A stretch of DNA of 63,340 nt, the filler included, from Choristocarpus tenellus KU-1152 (Eukaryota; Protista; Phaeophyceae): assembly GCA_964200185.2 (NCBI GenBank). It is 11 parts of 11 records of this genome, joined end to end, with 100 filler letters (N's around TTAATTAATTAA, not from the genome) between each part and the next. Parts side by side here need not be neighbours in the genome. Positions count along the whole stretch, not along the records: positions 1 to 3,176 come from CAXNAD020021760.1; positions 3,277 to 7,756 come from CAXNAD020014363.1; positions 7,857 to 21,721 come from CAXNAD020001341.1; 8 more parts are not named here. One strand, written 5' to 3'. Below the pieces are notes generated by a model. It did no database searches, was not told the origin of the DNA, and worked only from the letters and a program-made list of their open reading frames with translations. Positions 1 to 12,969 of the stretch are shown one piece after another. Numbering within the stretch: the first letter of the stretch is position 1; each line of letters opens with the position of its first letter. The position numbers were made by a program, and so were the translations under genes.

Positions 1-1243
1 GGGGGCAGTATTGAAAATACTGAGACTGAAGGTCATAATTGCATTTCTGCGGGGTGGGCAAGTACAGGGGGTGATGCCAGTGGGGGAGTGGGGAGGGGGG
101 AGGGCGGTAGGTCTTCAGGTGGGGGACAATCTCACAAGAGAAACCGAAGCAGTAGCTTTCAGGAGTATGGGGTGAGTATGGAGTGAGTTTGGGGGTAGTG
201 TGTGCTAGTGTTTTGGTATGTGTTACTGGGATTTTCAGTGTAAAAGTGGGGTGATTGATGGAGTGGCGACCTGTGCTATGGGGAGGGAGGAGGTGGGGGT
301 GTTTTGATTTTTTTATTGTGGCACGTGTGTATGCGTTATTATTGTTATTATTCTGTGAATGGTGTAGAGGGATTTCCCTCTGATAGTGGTATGATAGAGT
401 TTGGATTTTGTAGGAAGTATATGAGTATTTGTAGTAGTACTGATGATGTGGCAATGGTGATGGTAATGGGTTGAAGCAGAGAGATTGTGGAATGAAATGC
501 TTCATTGACTGCGTGGTTAGTGCTGTAACATACAAATTGATAGACTTGGCTGAGATTATGCTGTGATCGAAAAAGTCATTGGAGTTTTTTGGCTGAGTCA
601 GGGAGATAATTTGCGGGCTTGTTGGTGTATGCCAGATGATCTTGCCGGATTGTTACACCTCTGTACATGTGTGGAAACCTGAGGGTTTGGAGTATAGAGA
701 TGTTGTAGAGCTCTGTTGGTTGTGAAGTGTGACATATTTTGTGTGTTCCAGTATGGATACATACATGCATGCATATGCACAAAACCAATGAAATTGCCGT
801 TCCCAACACCTCCATATTTGTGTACTACATACCACTATTTATACATATCAGATCCTCTTTCTTCTTTTTAACCCGTGGTTATGCCTTCTTTTGAATTAAA
901 GAAAATTCTTCTTCCTATGATATATTTTGAAATAATTTTTCGGGTGGACAAGGAAGCAAACTTGAATATCTTGAATCTTATTTTGGGGAAAAAGTAGAGA
1001 GAGGGGTAACAAACACACTCTATGACTTGCTGCTGTCCTGCAGTAAACAATACTGGGTTATTTTTCGATGACAGGCTATGTGTAGGAGAAGCAGATACCC
1101 CACCCTACCCCATGCCACTGTTGACTTACGTAGAGTGGTCCCATCCTGTTGTGATATTTTTTTCATCATAATGAAAGTAGTTGCCACCCCCTCCCCCGCA
1201 CTATTTTCAGAGTCGACCACAACAACAAAGTCGTATTCAGTAC
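1..1243 (-). CDS. Possible exons of an unidentified intron-rich gene (fragment)
   Basis: Minus-strand AG-preceded open segments give TEYDFVVVVDSENSAGEG... (about 1243-1110) and YCFGFSCEIVPHLKTYRP... (about 155-1). The exon chain could not be phased confidently. Confidence 0.25.
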
Positions 1244-3176
1244 TACAATGGGGCAGGGGGGGGAGGGGCAGGGATGGCAGCAGACCCAGGCGCAGTGGAG
1301 GATATAGAGATGATGTCCTCTGTTGACTTCTTCCCTCATACTAACTCATTACGAGAACAGGTGCGGGGAGGGGGGGCAGGCAGTCAGGGGGGAGGGGGGG
1401 GATGATAATAGCACTTGGAGCTTGTGGCAGTGGGATAGTACAGAGTTGGGTTAGTTTATAGGGTTTGGGTGGTATGCTAGCAGTTTTGAAAAGGCTGGAC
1501 GGTAGGGGACATTTGGGGCAGTTCTAACAATGTTTCTTGTTAGATATGTGATGTCGTGTGTTGGGGTACGTATATAATAATCGAGTAACAGCAAAATAAG
1601 TCAGGTTTAGAGGTGGAGAGGAAGTAGTACTGGAAGTATTTTGATTAGGTCTATAGTGCCTTTGTATTTTGTGGGGAATGAGTACAAAAAGAGTGTACAG
1701 CTACCTGCTGCACAAGGGCTTCGGGCATAATGGGATGAGACAGCATGGTGCAGGAGGGATTAGAGCTACAGGAAGACGTAGGACAACAAAGCTATCTTAC
1801 ATAGTACTGCTGTGTTTGTATGTTCATAATGTATACTACATTGTGCTTGGGAATCATATCATAGGCAGGGTCAATGAAGATCTGAGAAGTAATCACATTT
1901 ACATACATGTATGTGAAGGTGTACATGTGTATTTGAGTTTATGCTTGCACTTGTGCCTGCCTGTCTGTCTGTCTGTCTGTATGACACGAAAATAGAGAAT
2001 GCCACAAGGGGGATTTGACATTAATGACCAAGAAAGCAACTGCAGGGGCGACAGCAATGGAGGGATGGGAGGAGGCGGAGGGGGTGACGAGAGGGACCGC
2101 AGCAACAGAGGAAACGCTCAAGGGAGTAGTGATGCTTTGGATGGAAATGGGGTTGGTGGACATTTATTGAAGGACAACAGAGATGAGGGTTCCTATGAAA
2201 ACTTGTACTGGTTGTAGGGCTGTCCAAAGGAACGATGCGTGTATTGATATGTACTAGTGATACCTCTGTCAAGGGTTTTTGTCAGGGAGGGGGGGGTTCT
2301 GGACTGGACTGGATTGGATTGGATTAGACCCCTTTTGTGTTTTGACAAGTGTTTTGTTGCTCGTGGTGGCCTCACTGTGATCGATCTTCGAATGCTGCTG
2401 CTGTGGAAGAAGGGGCAGAAAAGACTAAAGAAGAGTCCCTTGAATGTCAAGAGTGTCATCAAGATTGAGTAAAGGGGATATGATCATGGTGGAGGTTAGT
2501 GAAAAAGATGAGTACATGCGATTAATTTGCTGAACATGTGGTATTGACTCATTCTATTGGTCTATAGATGGATTTCATTCCATGTCTGGTATGATGTGAT
2601 AACCCTTCTTTTTATTGTTAATGTTTGTGGTCATGATTATTCATCCGCTCCTGTCCTGCTTTGCTAAGTGGGTATGTTGGGTGTATTCTGGGATGGTGTA
2701 TGATGGATTATTGGGATCCACCCTATTGCCTGTTGGCAAAGGAAAAGACATGCAAACAGCTGTGGCTGGGTTTAATGTATGAAATGCACAGAAGGCGAAA
2801 ACATGGATCACAAAAATAAATTATCTCCTCTCTCGTGAGAAATGCCATGAAATGGGAGGGCAGGGGTATATTTGAGCATTGTGTTTAATTGGGCTCCTGA
2901 CAGGTTGAAATGGGGAGGGGGGACTAGCGCTTTCAAGGGGAGGGGGAAGGGGAGAGACGAGGACTTGGGAATGTAGGGGCTAGCTGTTTGCTATTTTCTT
3001 TGTTGCACAGACATGGTGTGATCACTGCCTGGACTGCCTCTGGTCATTTACTTCTTCGCCGTTTTGTGGTTGAACAGCAGATTCTCAAGATTGAGGATGG
3101 AGCGGGACTATGAGGATGGTTGTTTTGCGAAAATCGTCATTTAAAAAGTACCCGAAGGTTTTTTAGAAGGGCCCCT

Positions 3177-3276
3177 NNNNNNNNNNNNNNNNNNNNNNNN
3201 NNNNNNNNNNNNNNNNNNNNTTAATTAATTAANNNNNNNNNNNNNNNNNNNNNNNNNNNNNNNNNNNNNNNNNNNN
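3177..3276. other. Artificial contig-joining linker (first of ten)
   Basis: 44 N + TTAATTAATTAA (stops in all six frames) + 44 N. Identical 100-nt blocks start at 7757, 21722, 25302, 34041, 40771, 43664, 46600, 57555 and 60479. A separate 10-N scaffold gap is at 26385-26394. Confidence 0.99.
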
Positions 3277-3334
3277 AAAAGGGAGAAAAACGGACCCTGA
3301 CCCCCCCTCCCCCCCCCCCCAGATACTTTGACCC
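3277..3334. mobile_element. Sola-like MITE terminus at contig start
   Basis: CCCCAGATACTTTGACCC matches the terminal inverted repeat of the MITE group described at 5856-6113. Confidence 0.6.
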
Positions 3335-4737
3335 ATTACCATTATCCCCCTTTCTACTGCAGCCATTTCTTGCCTATCATCGAACCAAATGTTGCATTAT
3401 AGAAACATCGTGATGCCCAATACCTGCCCTTCATATAGCTGTTGTCCATCCACAAGCTACATGCTATATCACCAGCACATCTTCTAACTCAATTTTATCG
3501 ACCAACCTCTTTGCAGAAAAAAAACAAAAAAAGCCATTAGACAATTTTCGCAGTGCATATGATGGGGTGGAGGTAACAGGCCCTTGTGTATGGAGCAACT
3601 CCAGAAGGGTCATTCATGGACTGAAGGCACCTTTCTATTGCACATCTCACACCCCACTCCTATCATACCTGGATCATTTCTGTCTCCTATGAAACTCCGG
3701 GTCAAGGTTGCTTCCCAATACCGTATTCTTGTCAAACTCCTATTATGGGGGCAGTTAAGGGTGTGCCTAATGACGGATTACCTGGGATGAATTGAGTTGT
3801 GTCTTTCTTCGTGCAAAGTTCCTGATGATATCCTGCACCTAACTCCACATTTGAGAGGGTAGTGGTAAAAGGGGGTGCGCTCTACAGTGAGGAAGATCTT
3901 GCAAGGTGTGCTAAGAAATGGACAAAGACGATACTTCGAAGCATGTATCTATTTAAACTAGTGGTTTTTCAGGGTGCAACTACAGCATGCCTTCTTTTCA
4001 TATTCCAAAGGAATCATCTTAGGTGTGGAAACATAGTATCATATATTTGCTTCTCCAGCTAATCAATACCCATATCGAACTGTAGTCGTTGAAGACAAAC
4101 GGCTTCCTCAGAGATTGTTTGTTCCTTGTGAGGCATATTGAGTGTTAGAAGAGTATGTTGACCTTTCATTTGGTATTAGGATATGGTATCTACATTGGGC
4201 TCTGGAGATGATCTGAAAATGCTGTTTGCTCAAGGCTGTAAGAACTCTTCACTACCCCTGCACACCTCCTGATCAGTAGACTACTACTTTTACCTAACTT
4301 TCCCTTTGATATACTTAGGGTACTCATTTTATGGTTGGTCTATACAGGAGCACATTTGCTCTACAATCGTGCTCGTCAAACAGAATCTTAATATGTGCTT
4401 TTGTACCCCTAAGAATGTTTATGCGTTCACTGTGTATGATCATTCAACACTTTGAATGCAAGGAAATCAATATGAGCCACTGATGTAGAAGATAATCAAA
4501 CAGGGTCTATGCCGAAGTACTCAATGATCTCCAAATTACTACGTAGTACACACAGAGAGTGTTACTCTGACTTTCACCTCTCACATCATATGAACTATCC
4601 AGTTTCAACTCACATCACCCTTCTTACTTGGAGTACTTAAAAAATGTTGAATGAGACAAGCATTTCTGAAGAGAACGCCCCTGTTGTGCTCCCACAACCC
4701 TTCCCCATGTTTGCCTTGTCCTGTTGTGCATGCTCAC

Positions 4738-4905
4738 CTGAAGTGTGGAGAAGTATAGGTCCTTAGCGGCCATAGACAGGTACAGCAATTGCACTTCCCG
4801 ACATCCATCCATAAGCCCTTTGAGGTGTGCTAATCCACTGGCATTCACTAGTGATCTCTCAGTGGCGGGAAGAGGCACCATCAAGATGTCAATATCCAGT
4901 ATGCC
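4738..4905 (-). CDS. Internal exon of a hypothetical protein
   Basis: ccctcag|...|gtgagc splice sites, 168 nt, phase 0-0, encoding GILDIDILMVPLPATERSLVNASGLAHLKGLMDGCREVQLLYLSMAAKDLYFSTLQ. Family not recognised. Confidence 0.45.
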
Positions 4906-5855
4906 CTGAGGGATAGACAACATGAGGATTTGGGTTGAGGAGAGAGGGATGTGTTAGGTATGGTAGTAGTAATTGAAGAGTACTAGGGGTAACAATATTT
5001 TCAGTGGTAGAAGCTGAGAAAGTTCGGCCATATCCTGAGACTTCCAATTCAGATTATTGTGCTCCATGCAACTGAGTCAGGGAAATAGATGAGTCGCCTA
5101 CAGAAGCAAGGGTTTCCCTTTCTGTTGTAGAAGATGTGTTCAGGATGACTAGCCGCACAGATTAGCGTGCGGCAACCAAGGAAGTCGTAGAGGCTTCTAT
5201 GAGTTGACTGTTGAAGAATTTCACAAATCTTTAGAGATATGTGGAGAGAGAGTGCACTGTTGTGCACAAAAGGAGGATTCTGTCAAGTAGTGTGTGTTGA
5301 AACTTAAGTAATCTTTAGCGTACCTTCTGGTAGCTCAGGGGTATACTAGAGATGCAATGATTGCTACTGTTGTGGATTCGATCCTTGTCATGGTTGAACA
5401 TCTGTGGAATGGTTACCACCCCGTCAATATTCACAATCAACATACAGTATCTGCTTCTCCCCCGAGAAAGGTAGTCCTGGGCGAAGAGATGGCAGCACTT
5501 GAGCGACATCTAAGCAATCCGAACAGCTTGCGAAGGCCAGGATTACCTTGGTAGAAACTTCAGTAAAGGTTTGAGTTACCAAGAAGATAGTCTGAAAAAT
5601 TCCTACACTCTGGAATACTTTTTGAAGAACGCAATTTTCGAGGTCAGGGGGGAAGTGTGTGTGGTGCAAGATATGCATGTGAGTGTTGTCCAATAGCCCC
5701 CCTCCCCCTTGAAAGGGTATACTTGGCAAAAAAAGGATAATTGATTTTTGGGTTGGTCCAAATGAAGGCGGCATTTATTTGTACTCCTAAGCAATTCCCC
5801 TTCACATCCATTCCCATCGCAATGGATCTTCAGCATTGTTACATAGGTGTGTAAA

Positions 5856-6113
5856 GAGTGAAATTATCTTAGAGGGTACGAGTTTTGCCCTGTTTGTCCA
5901 TTTGGGGCTTGGCTTCCCTCAGGGTATTTTATGACATTTTCCTACTCCAAAATACTTCGGAGTAGGAAAATGTGTACATTTTGAAAAGATGTGTCTAGAA
6001 CAAGGATATTGACACTTCCTGACAAACACAAGAGCCAAAATTAAATCAAAATCGCAACATCGGATTTCGGCCCCCAAATGGACGTGGCTCTACCCTCTAA
6101 TATACTTTGGCTC
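5856..6113. mobile_element. Sola-like non-autonomous DNA transposon (MITE), subfamily A
   Basis: Termini GAGTGAAATTATCTTAGAGGGTA ... TACCCTCTAATATACTTTGGCTC. Subterminal GTCCATTTGGGG/CCCCAAATGGAC. Exact 4-bp TSD TAAA (5852-5855, 6114-6117). Internal 15-bp perfect hairpin at 5934-5973. A homologous copy lies at 45470-45737. Confidence 0.85.
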
Positions 6114-7065
6114 TAAACATTTTATGAATCGCTCCAGGAACAGGGGAGCATAATTCGGACTGACAATTATCCACCCAGTCCATCACCTTGTTGGACACAG
6201 TCTATGCTCAGAAAGGGGAAGGGGTGACTTGGCATGATGTGAGATGAACAGGATTGATTCAGTAGACCAGCAACCTGCACCAAGACCAAAGGGTCAGTCA
6301 GGCAAGAACTTTTGTCAAACTTACCACATAGTCTGTGATCTTGGGATACCTTTTGATAGTTTCAATTGAATATTGATGGACCTGGGCCATCTCAAATTGT
6401 ACTTTATGAGCATTGCCATATCACCTTGGAGTATGACACGCACCAACTTGTCCGCATATTACATCATACATATGACCATGCTGTATCACCTTATCGGGAG
6501 GGTAGAAGGGTTGTCCTGTAGTCTTGTCAACCATCCATACCTCCTGGAGCTTCTCTCTCCACTCTTCTGCTTCCATCAAAGCAAAACGGCTCTGTAAGCC
6601 ATGACACCTGTGGTTGGCCATGCCAGTATCTCTGGTGGTATGGGAAGCAGACATAAATGCGCTTCTTAGCTGGTATTGAAAGCATGTAGCCCTAAGAGCT
6701 TCTCATACAATGAACCTATCAATGCAACTAGCCTCCACCTACAATTTGTAAGGAGGAGAGTGTCGTTATTGTCAAGGATGAGGGGGGAAAGGACTACTAG
6801 TGTGATTTTGATTTCTAATATCGATGTGGATGGGGAACAGCAGGAGAGAGGAAGGTTGGAAGAGTGGATAGATAGCTGAGTGCTTGTCACGAAGCAGGTG
6901 CAGGTCGTTCACTGTGGCCTTGGTGGTCCCCTGAAATGACAACACGATGCAATAATATCACATTGTGTCATATCTCGAGAAAATGATTCAGTGACCCGCA
7001 TCTTATATTGTACCAATGGGATTGTGGGATCCATATCATATGAATACTGAGAGCAGATTATTGGT

Positions 7066-7327
7066 GGGCTATATTATCCTAGAGGGGGGGGATGTTTAGC
7101 CCAGGTTGTCCATTCAGGGCTTTATGAGGTGTTGGAACATACCCCAGTTTGATGCCTGCTTTGTGGGTATTTTTCCTTCGAATTTGTTCAGGCGAGGGGA
7201 TGGAAAAAGGAACTTTCAGATGAATAAAATTCCTCCTAAATCTGACACGTTCACTCAAACGAAATCACTACATGGTCACACAGGCCCCCAATGGACACCT
7301 GACCCCCCCTCTAGTACACTATGGGTC
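7066..7327. mobile_element. Sola-like MITE, subfamily B
   Basis: TATCCTAGAGGGG ... CCCCTCTAG inverted ends and a CCAATGGAC motif. Body aligns with 38120-38384. Flanks TGGT/TGGC (1 mismatch). Confidence 0.7.
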
Positions 7328-7731
7328 TGGCTCTTACCCCAATATCAACTCTGGAGCAATCACATGGAGTCCACGTACTACTAGGGATGAACTCCTAGTT
7401 GCACTGAGTGTGCAATAGACTCAGACACTGACCTTCAACCCTCAACACTTGGCGTTTTGCTATATGCTCTGTGGCATATTCTTTAGGTACAATGCGTTTT
7501 TCGTGGCACTCAAATACAAGCTGAAGTGTCTACTCTCCTTCTATTCCAAGCAGTATGTATATGGGTTACATATCATGCTTATATAGGGTGATCAGGCCTA
7601 TATAATTCAACAATGCATATCGTATACCCTAGTCACATCCTTGTGTGTGCTTGAGAACGACGTGGGACTCTAACACCAGCTATTTGCCATTATGGATACA
7701 TCACCTAACTCTAGCACTACTGTGAGCATGT

Positions 7732-7756
7732 GACCCAAAGTATCTGGGGGGGAGGG
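7732..7756. mobile_element. Sola-like MITE terminus at contig end
   Basis: GACCCAAAGTATCTGGGGGGG is the shared terminal motif. Confidence 0.6.
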
Positions 7757-8538
7757 NNNNNNNNNNNNNNNNNNNNNNNNNNNNNNNNNNNNNNNNNNNN
7801 TTAATTAATTAANNNNNNNNNNNNNNNNNNNNNNNNNNNNNNNNNNNNNNNNNNNNCCCCCTCCCCCCCTGAGCAAGTGTGCATGTGTGTCACCCTTACT
7901 CCAACGCTCGAGGTGTCCTTCATCTTCATCTTTTTCTCATTTTGGTTTTGTGGACATGTACAATGTGCAGTAGATGCATCGATATCGATTTTATAGTTTT
8001 GTACTAATGCCATATTCCACAAGAATAAAGCAGAAGAAACATTGCGTTGTGCTGGGGCTGATGTAAAAATGATGTTTACCTTTTTCGAAACTTTTGAGTT
8101 GCTGAGGTCCAGAGAGGAGCTGTTGATTGACACTGGGAGGGGAGTACATGAGCGAATGACTTGGTAACTTTAAAGGTTTGCTTTTGTAGCATGTCCTTGT
8201 TCTGTTTGAGGTGAAACGACGTGCAACAACATCGCGCTGATCTGTTTGAGCGGTGGAGGACATGATCTGAAAAGAGGCAGTTACATCAATTTTGAGGACC
8301 TTCCATGCTGTGTCGGGCTAGTAGGATTCGTTGTCTTGTGTTTGTTAGTACATTTTTTTTATTGATTATTTACGTTGGGACTGTACTATATGTAGTTAGG
8401 GTTAGGTTGAGGGTTACAATTTGAATTAGAGCTCAAGTGTGCCATTTTAGAGTGTAAATTGCACTCCATACATACTTCTGTAATGTTGAAAGGACTTGAA
8501 ACAATACCAATTTGTTTGTTCATGGTGTCACCATGCCA

Positions 8539-8762
8539 GGTTGTACTCCCAACATGATACCTTGAAGTACAGGTATCGCATGTCTCAAAGAGATGGTTGT
8601 ACTCCCAACATGATACCTTGAAGTACAGGTATAGCATGTCTCAAAGAGATGGTTGTACTCCCAACATGATACCTTGAAGTACAGGTATAGCATGTCTCAA
8701 AGAGATGGTTGTACTCCCAACATGATACCTTGAAGTACAGGTATCGCATGTCTCAAAGAGAT
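8539..8762. repeat. 56-bp minisatellite x4
   Basis: Unit GGTTGTACTCCCAACATGATACCTTGAAGTACAGGTATMGCATGTCTCAAAGAGAT starts at 8539, 8595, 8651 and 8707. No spacers. Confidence 0.95.
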
Positions 8763-8876
8763 GCCACATACATCATTTTTTTTTTCATGTCCGACATAGC
8801 TTGCAAGAAGGTACACCTTTAAGTGACCTACAGCTGTGCACCCTTTCCTCATCCAAACGCCTGCTCCAACTGGCAG

Positions 8877-11800
8877 GGAGTATGTGTACTGGTCCAAACT
8901 AGAACTCATCTTCCTATCGTTTGGGGTTCTTGGAGGTACTGAGCCAGCACAATCTCTCCATGAAGTAGCCCAGGTTTGTTTGCATCAAGGGTTAGGGTTA
9001 TTCTCTTGTTTGGTTAGGGTTTAGGATGAATATGGGAAGGTTTTAATTAGTGGGGATGTAACTGTCAATTCGTGTCAAATAGAGTGAAAAAGGATGAAAA
9101 AGTCTGAGATGGAAGCTCAGAAGTACCTTAGGGTTAGGGTTTGAGTACTTAGAAGTACCTTAGAGGACTTAGAAGTACCTACAAGTACCAGGTAGTACTC
9201 GTATGCGGGTTAGAGTACCAACAAGTACCTTAGAGGACTTAGAAGTACCCACAAGTACCAGGTAGTACTCGTATGCGGGTTAGAGTACCAACAAGTACCT
9301 GGAACATTTCTAAAGCGACTGAGGACTGCACTGCCACAAGGTTGTCTGGGTGTAGTCCGGAAAAACCCCAGAAGTATCCTAGAATGTAATTTAGGATAGG
9401 GTGGGAATGGTCCAAAGTACTCCAGGTTTTATTCCGGACACCCTCGTACCGCAACCATTGACAGACCTCTAGTACAGGGGGAGGGGGGGGAGAATAAATA
9501 TAATAGAAGGTCTGCTCACATTGCTCTCTCTTGTATCTCAAAGGCCTCCGGTATATATTTCCTTGTGAGTATAGGTTATGGGTTAGGGTTAGGGTTGGCT
9601 ATGTCATGCACCTGGACCAGGTTTTTGGTTGTAGGTTGGTATGAGCAGTGTTCTCTGTGGTTAATTATTCTCCAGCTCATAACTCATTCCCATATTGTGT
9701 GTGAAAATTCCATAACCTTAGGGTTAGGGATCTTGCACACTTCCTGCTCTTTTACTACTCTTTTACTATTGTTGGGATCACTGCGGACTCCAATGTAGGC
9801 GTTATTCACTTAGTGTACATGTTGGTTAAGAGTTGACGACAAATCAGTCCACAATTGGTGGAGGAATAAATCAATGACAGAAACACTTAACCCTAACCCT
9901 AACCTTTGAAGTACCAACTATTGACTTCTCTCAAGAAAAGGTACACCTCCACTAAGATAGTTAACTGTTACAAAATATATATTATGTTTTTCTTTGACTT
10001 AGTCCAGTGGGACCAGCCTGCAGTATTGTGGGTTAGCTTCACACATGTTTTTAATATATTTTTGTGTCTGGGGTGCAGGAGATGGAGAAAGTCTTGGAGA
10101 GTGTGAGAGGGATGCGCCTATGCCTGGCTTCCATGGACCATACCCATGGCCAGAGGTACTTTGTAGCCATGGTAGGCAATCAACTCATCGACACTGCCAA
10201 CTCCATCGAACAAGTGCTTCAGGTGAGAATTAAGGTTAGAGTTAAGGTTAGAGTTAAGGTTAGAGTTAAGGTTAGAGTTAGGGTTGGAGTTAGGCCTACT
10301 CATAAGGACTGAGGCCCTCGGGGGCTTGAGAAGTTTGGTGGTGATGGAGGGGATGTGTCTAGGGTTCAAACTCAGCCACAAATGTGTGAATTTAATGTTA
10401 GGGTTAGGGTTAGGGTTAGGGTGTTGTGTATCGATGTTGTTGATACTTAGGGTTAGGGGTTAGGGTTAGGGTTGTGTAGGTGTACAGTGAAGTCTACTCA
10501 CTTGTTCCTCATTAGGGTTAGGCATAGTGTGTAACTGAGTGTTTCAAGATGGGAAAGGGGTAGAAGCAGCATGCATGGGTCAACACCCAAGACAGTGCCG
10601 ATTTTGACCAATTGCAAGGGTTAGGGTTAGGGTTTGTTCCTCTTTGTGTTATTTTGGACCCAGAGGATGGTTGATTGAGTGTGACACTACCGTGGAAGCT
10701 GACCAATCTGCACTGTTTACATATCCCCTTAACCAATCAGAAAGGGTTAACACACTTTGTTTATCACAGCTCTTGTTGAATGGTCCAATAGGAGCACTCC
10801 TAATCTTCTGTCTGATTGAGGAGGAACACATGGGTGAATGATAAGGATCCCCAGAAAATAAGAAATAAAATCGTTGTGTAAATCTCTTTTTCTCAATTGT
10901 AGTGAATCTTAGTGAATCTTAGTGAATCTTTTGTGTACCTCTCCTTTGGCATGGCACATTCCTTCTTTGGAGATTTCGTTGTGTTTGTTAAAAAGCATGA
11001 AATTAGGATGTATTCACAGGGACTTACAAAGGAATACATTGCAAAATGGCCAAAAAGGGGGTACCTCTAAGTTGGTATAATGTACCTCTCAGTTGGTATG
11101 ATGTGCCTCTCAGTTGATACGATGTACCTCTCAGTTGGTATGATGTGCCTTTCAGTTGGAATGATGTGCCTTTCAGTTGGTATGATGTACCTCTCAGTTG
11201 GTATGATGTACCTCTCAGTTGGTATGATGTACCTCTCAGTTGGTATTCCTCTCTCACTCATGATGCTTGAATGATTCTGACTCTGTGTGATGTACTATGA
11301 AATCTCCCCAGGAAGTCTCGGATGGGTTTGAGCTGCCCTACCTTTTTGGAAGGACATGTCCACAAGGATGTATCAAGCATGTCCTTTGGGGTGTTCTTAA
11401 GGTGAGTCAAACATTATCATCCTAAGAACTGATTCGTCGAAGAGACAGTTTTAAGAACTGTTTTCTGCGGTTGATTCTGGCAATAATATATATCTTAGGG
11501 TTAGGGTTAGTGATTTTTTCTTGATGTAAGTCATCTTAGCTTTGGAAAAGTTTTTTTTTAAGGTTAAGATCTTGTCTGAGAGTAAGTTATCTTGTCATAG
11601 AGTATTGCAGATGGTAGCCTCATTTTCTTCTTGTGGTTCAACCCTAACCCTAACCCTAACCCTATGATTTTTGTTTTCATTTGCTTGGGTGGATAGAATC
11701 GTTTCCCATTGGTGCTCCCTCTGGTTAGGGTTAGGGTGCACGTTTGCTCTTGTCCGCATCAGAGTTATTTGCATAGGCATATTCTTGGGGTTGGAGTTAG

Positions 11801-12927
11801 GGTTATGGAATAGATTTAGAGTTAGGGTTAGGGTTAGGGTTAGGGTTAGGGTGCATAGTGGTGAGGGTTCTGGGGGAAAAATCAGATAAGAGTCCATCTC
11901 CAGAGGCTCTCAGCATTTCCTCACTATCAATTTCATGACACCCGAACCCTACCTTAGTGCTGTAGGAGCACAATATATCCTTTCAAAGAGATTCAACCGG
12001 CATAATGATTGTTTTATTATATTTTTTGTTGTATTTTATTATATTTTATGACATGTTGCACACATTTCCGTTCTCTTTTTGAAAAAATCTAGAATATTAT
12101 TTGTAGCACACTTGATGGTGTTTTCTTGTGGATTGTTACTCTCTGCAGTTGTAACAACTGGTAGACCAAGCCTCATGACCCCCTTAGGTTCCAATGGAAC
12201 ACTGCCATGCCTTGTATAATCCACCAAAACTGTTGTCACCCCATGGCAGCGCCGGAGGGTTTCCCAAGATAAGGATGGCAGTGGTGAGAATGTAAAAGCT
12301 GACAAGAGCAAAACTTCTTCCTTACCTGTAATGGCTCCTAGTCAAAGATCATCGATTGAGGATGTGCAATCTTCATTGAAGGTGCTGATGGAGGCGTATC
12401 AGCAGGCAAGGTTACGAATTCTGTTTGGACTGGACCCACAAGGAAGACCCCTGGAGGAGGATATAGCACAGAGTGGACATGCATGGTATGTGACTGGCAG
12501 GCTGATGTATTGGGTGTTGCATTGATAAAGATGTATGCATGTATGTGTTATGTATGTATGTATATATGTATGGATTGATGGATGATTGATGGATGATTTC
12601 CGATATTTGCGTATTGTAAGAGTATATCTTCATTTTGATTCAGTTGAACTGTTACATCAGATGATCCTTGATTATTACTTTTTAGGTAAGATGATCCTTG
12701 ATTATTAATTTTTTAAAAGCCGAGAATTTTTTTGTATATATATATATATATATTTTTTTATAGTGGTGATGTTGTTGCACATGGACGATTTCTTTCTGAT
12801 AAGTACTGTAAGAGCAATGTCATAGTACATTTTATGTGGCACTTCAAAAAAGAAGAAAATAGGTAGAACTTTATCTCAATGATCATTCACCCCTACATGA
12901 ACCTAAAATGCTCCACCCAACTCAAAA

Positions 12928-12969
<42 letters not shown>

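Noticed and set aside
8539-11245. 56-bp and 21-bp arrays as possible CRISPR arrays
   Set aside because: Units are contiguous with no unique spacers, there are no cas genes, and the context is eukaryotic non-coding DNA.
12188-12249. Apparent frameshift in the FUSC-type gene
   Set aside because: Resolved by the acceptor CATGGCAG at 12249, which gives a phase-consistent exon.
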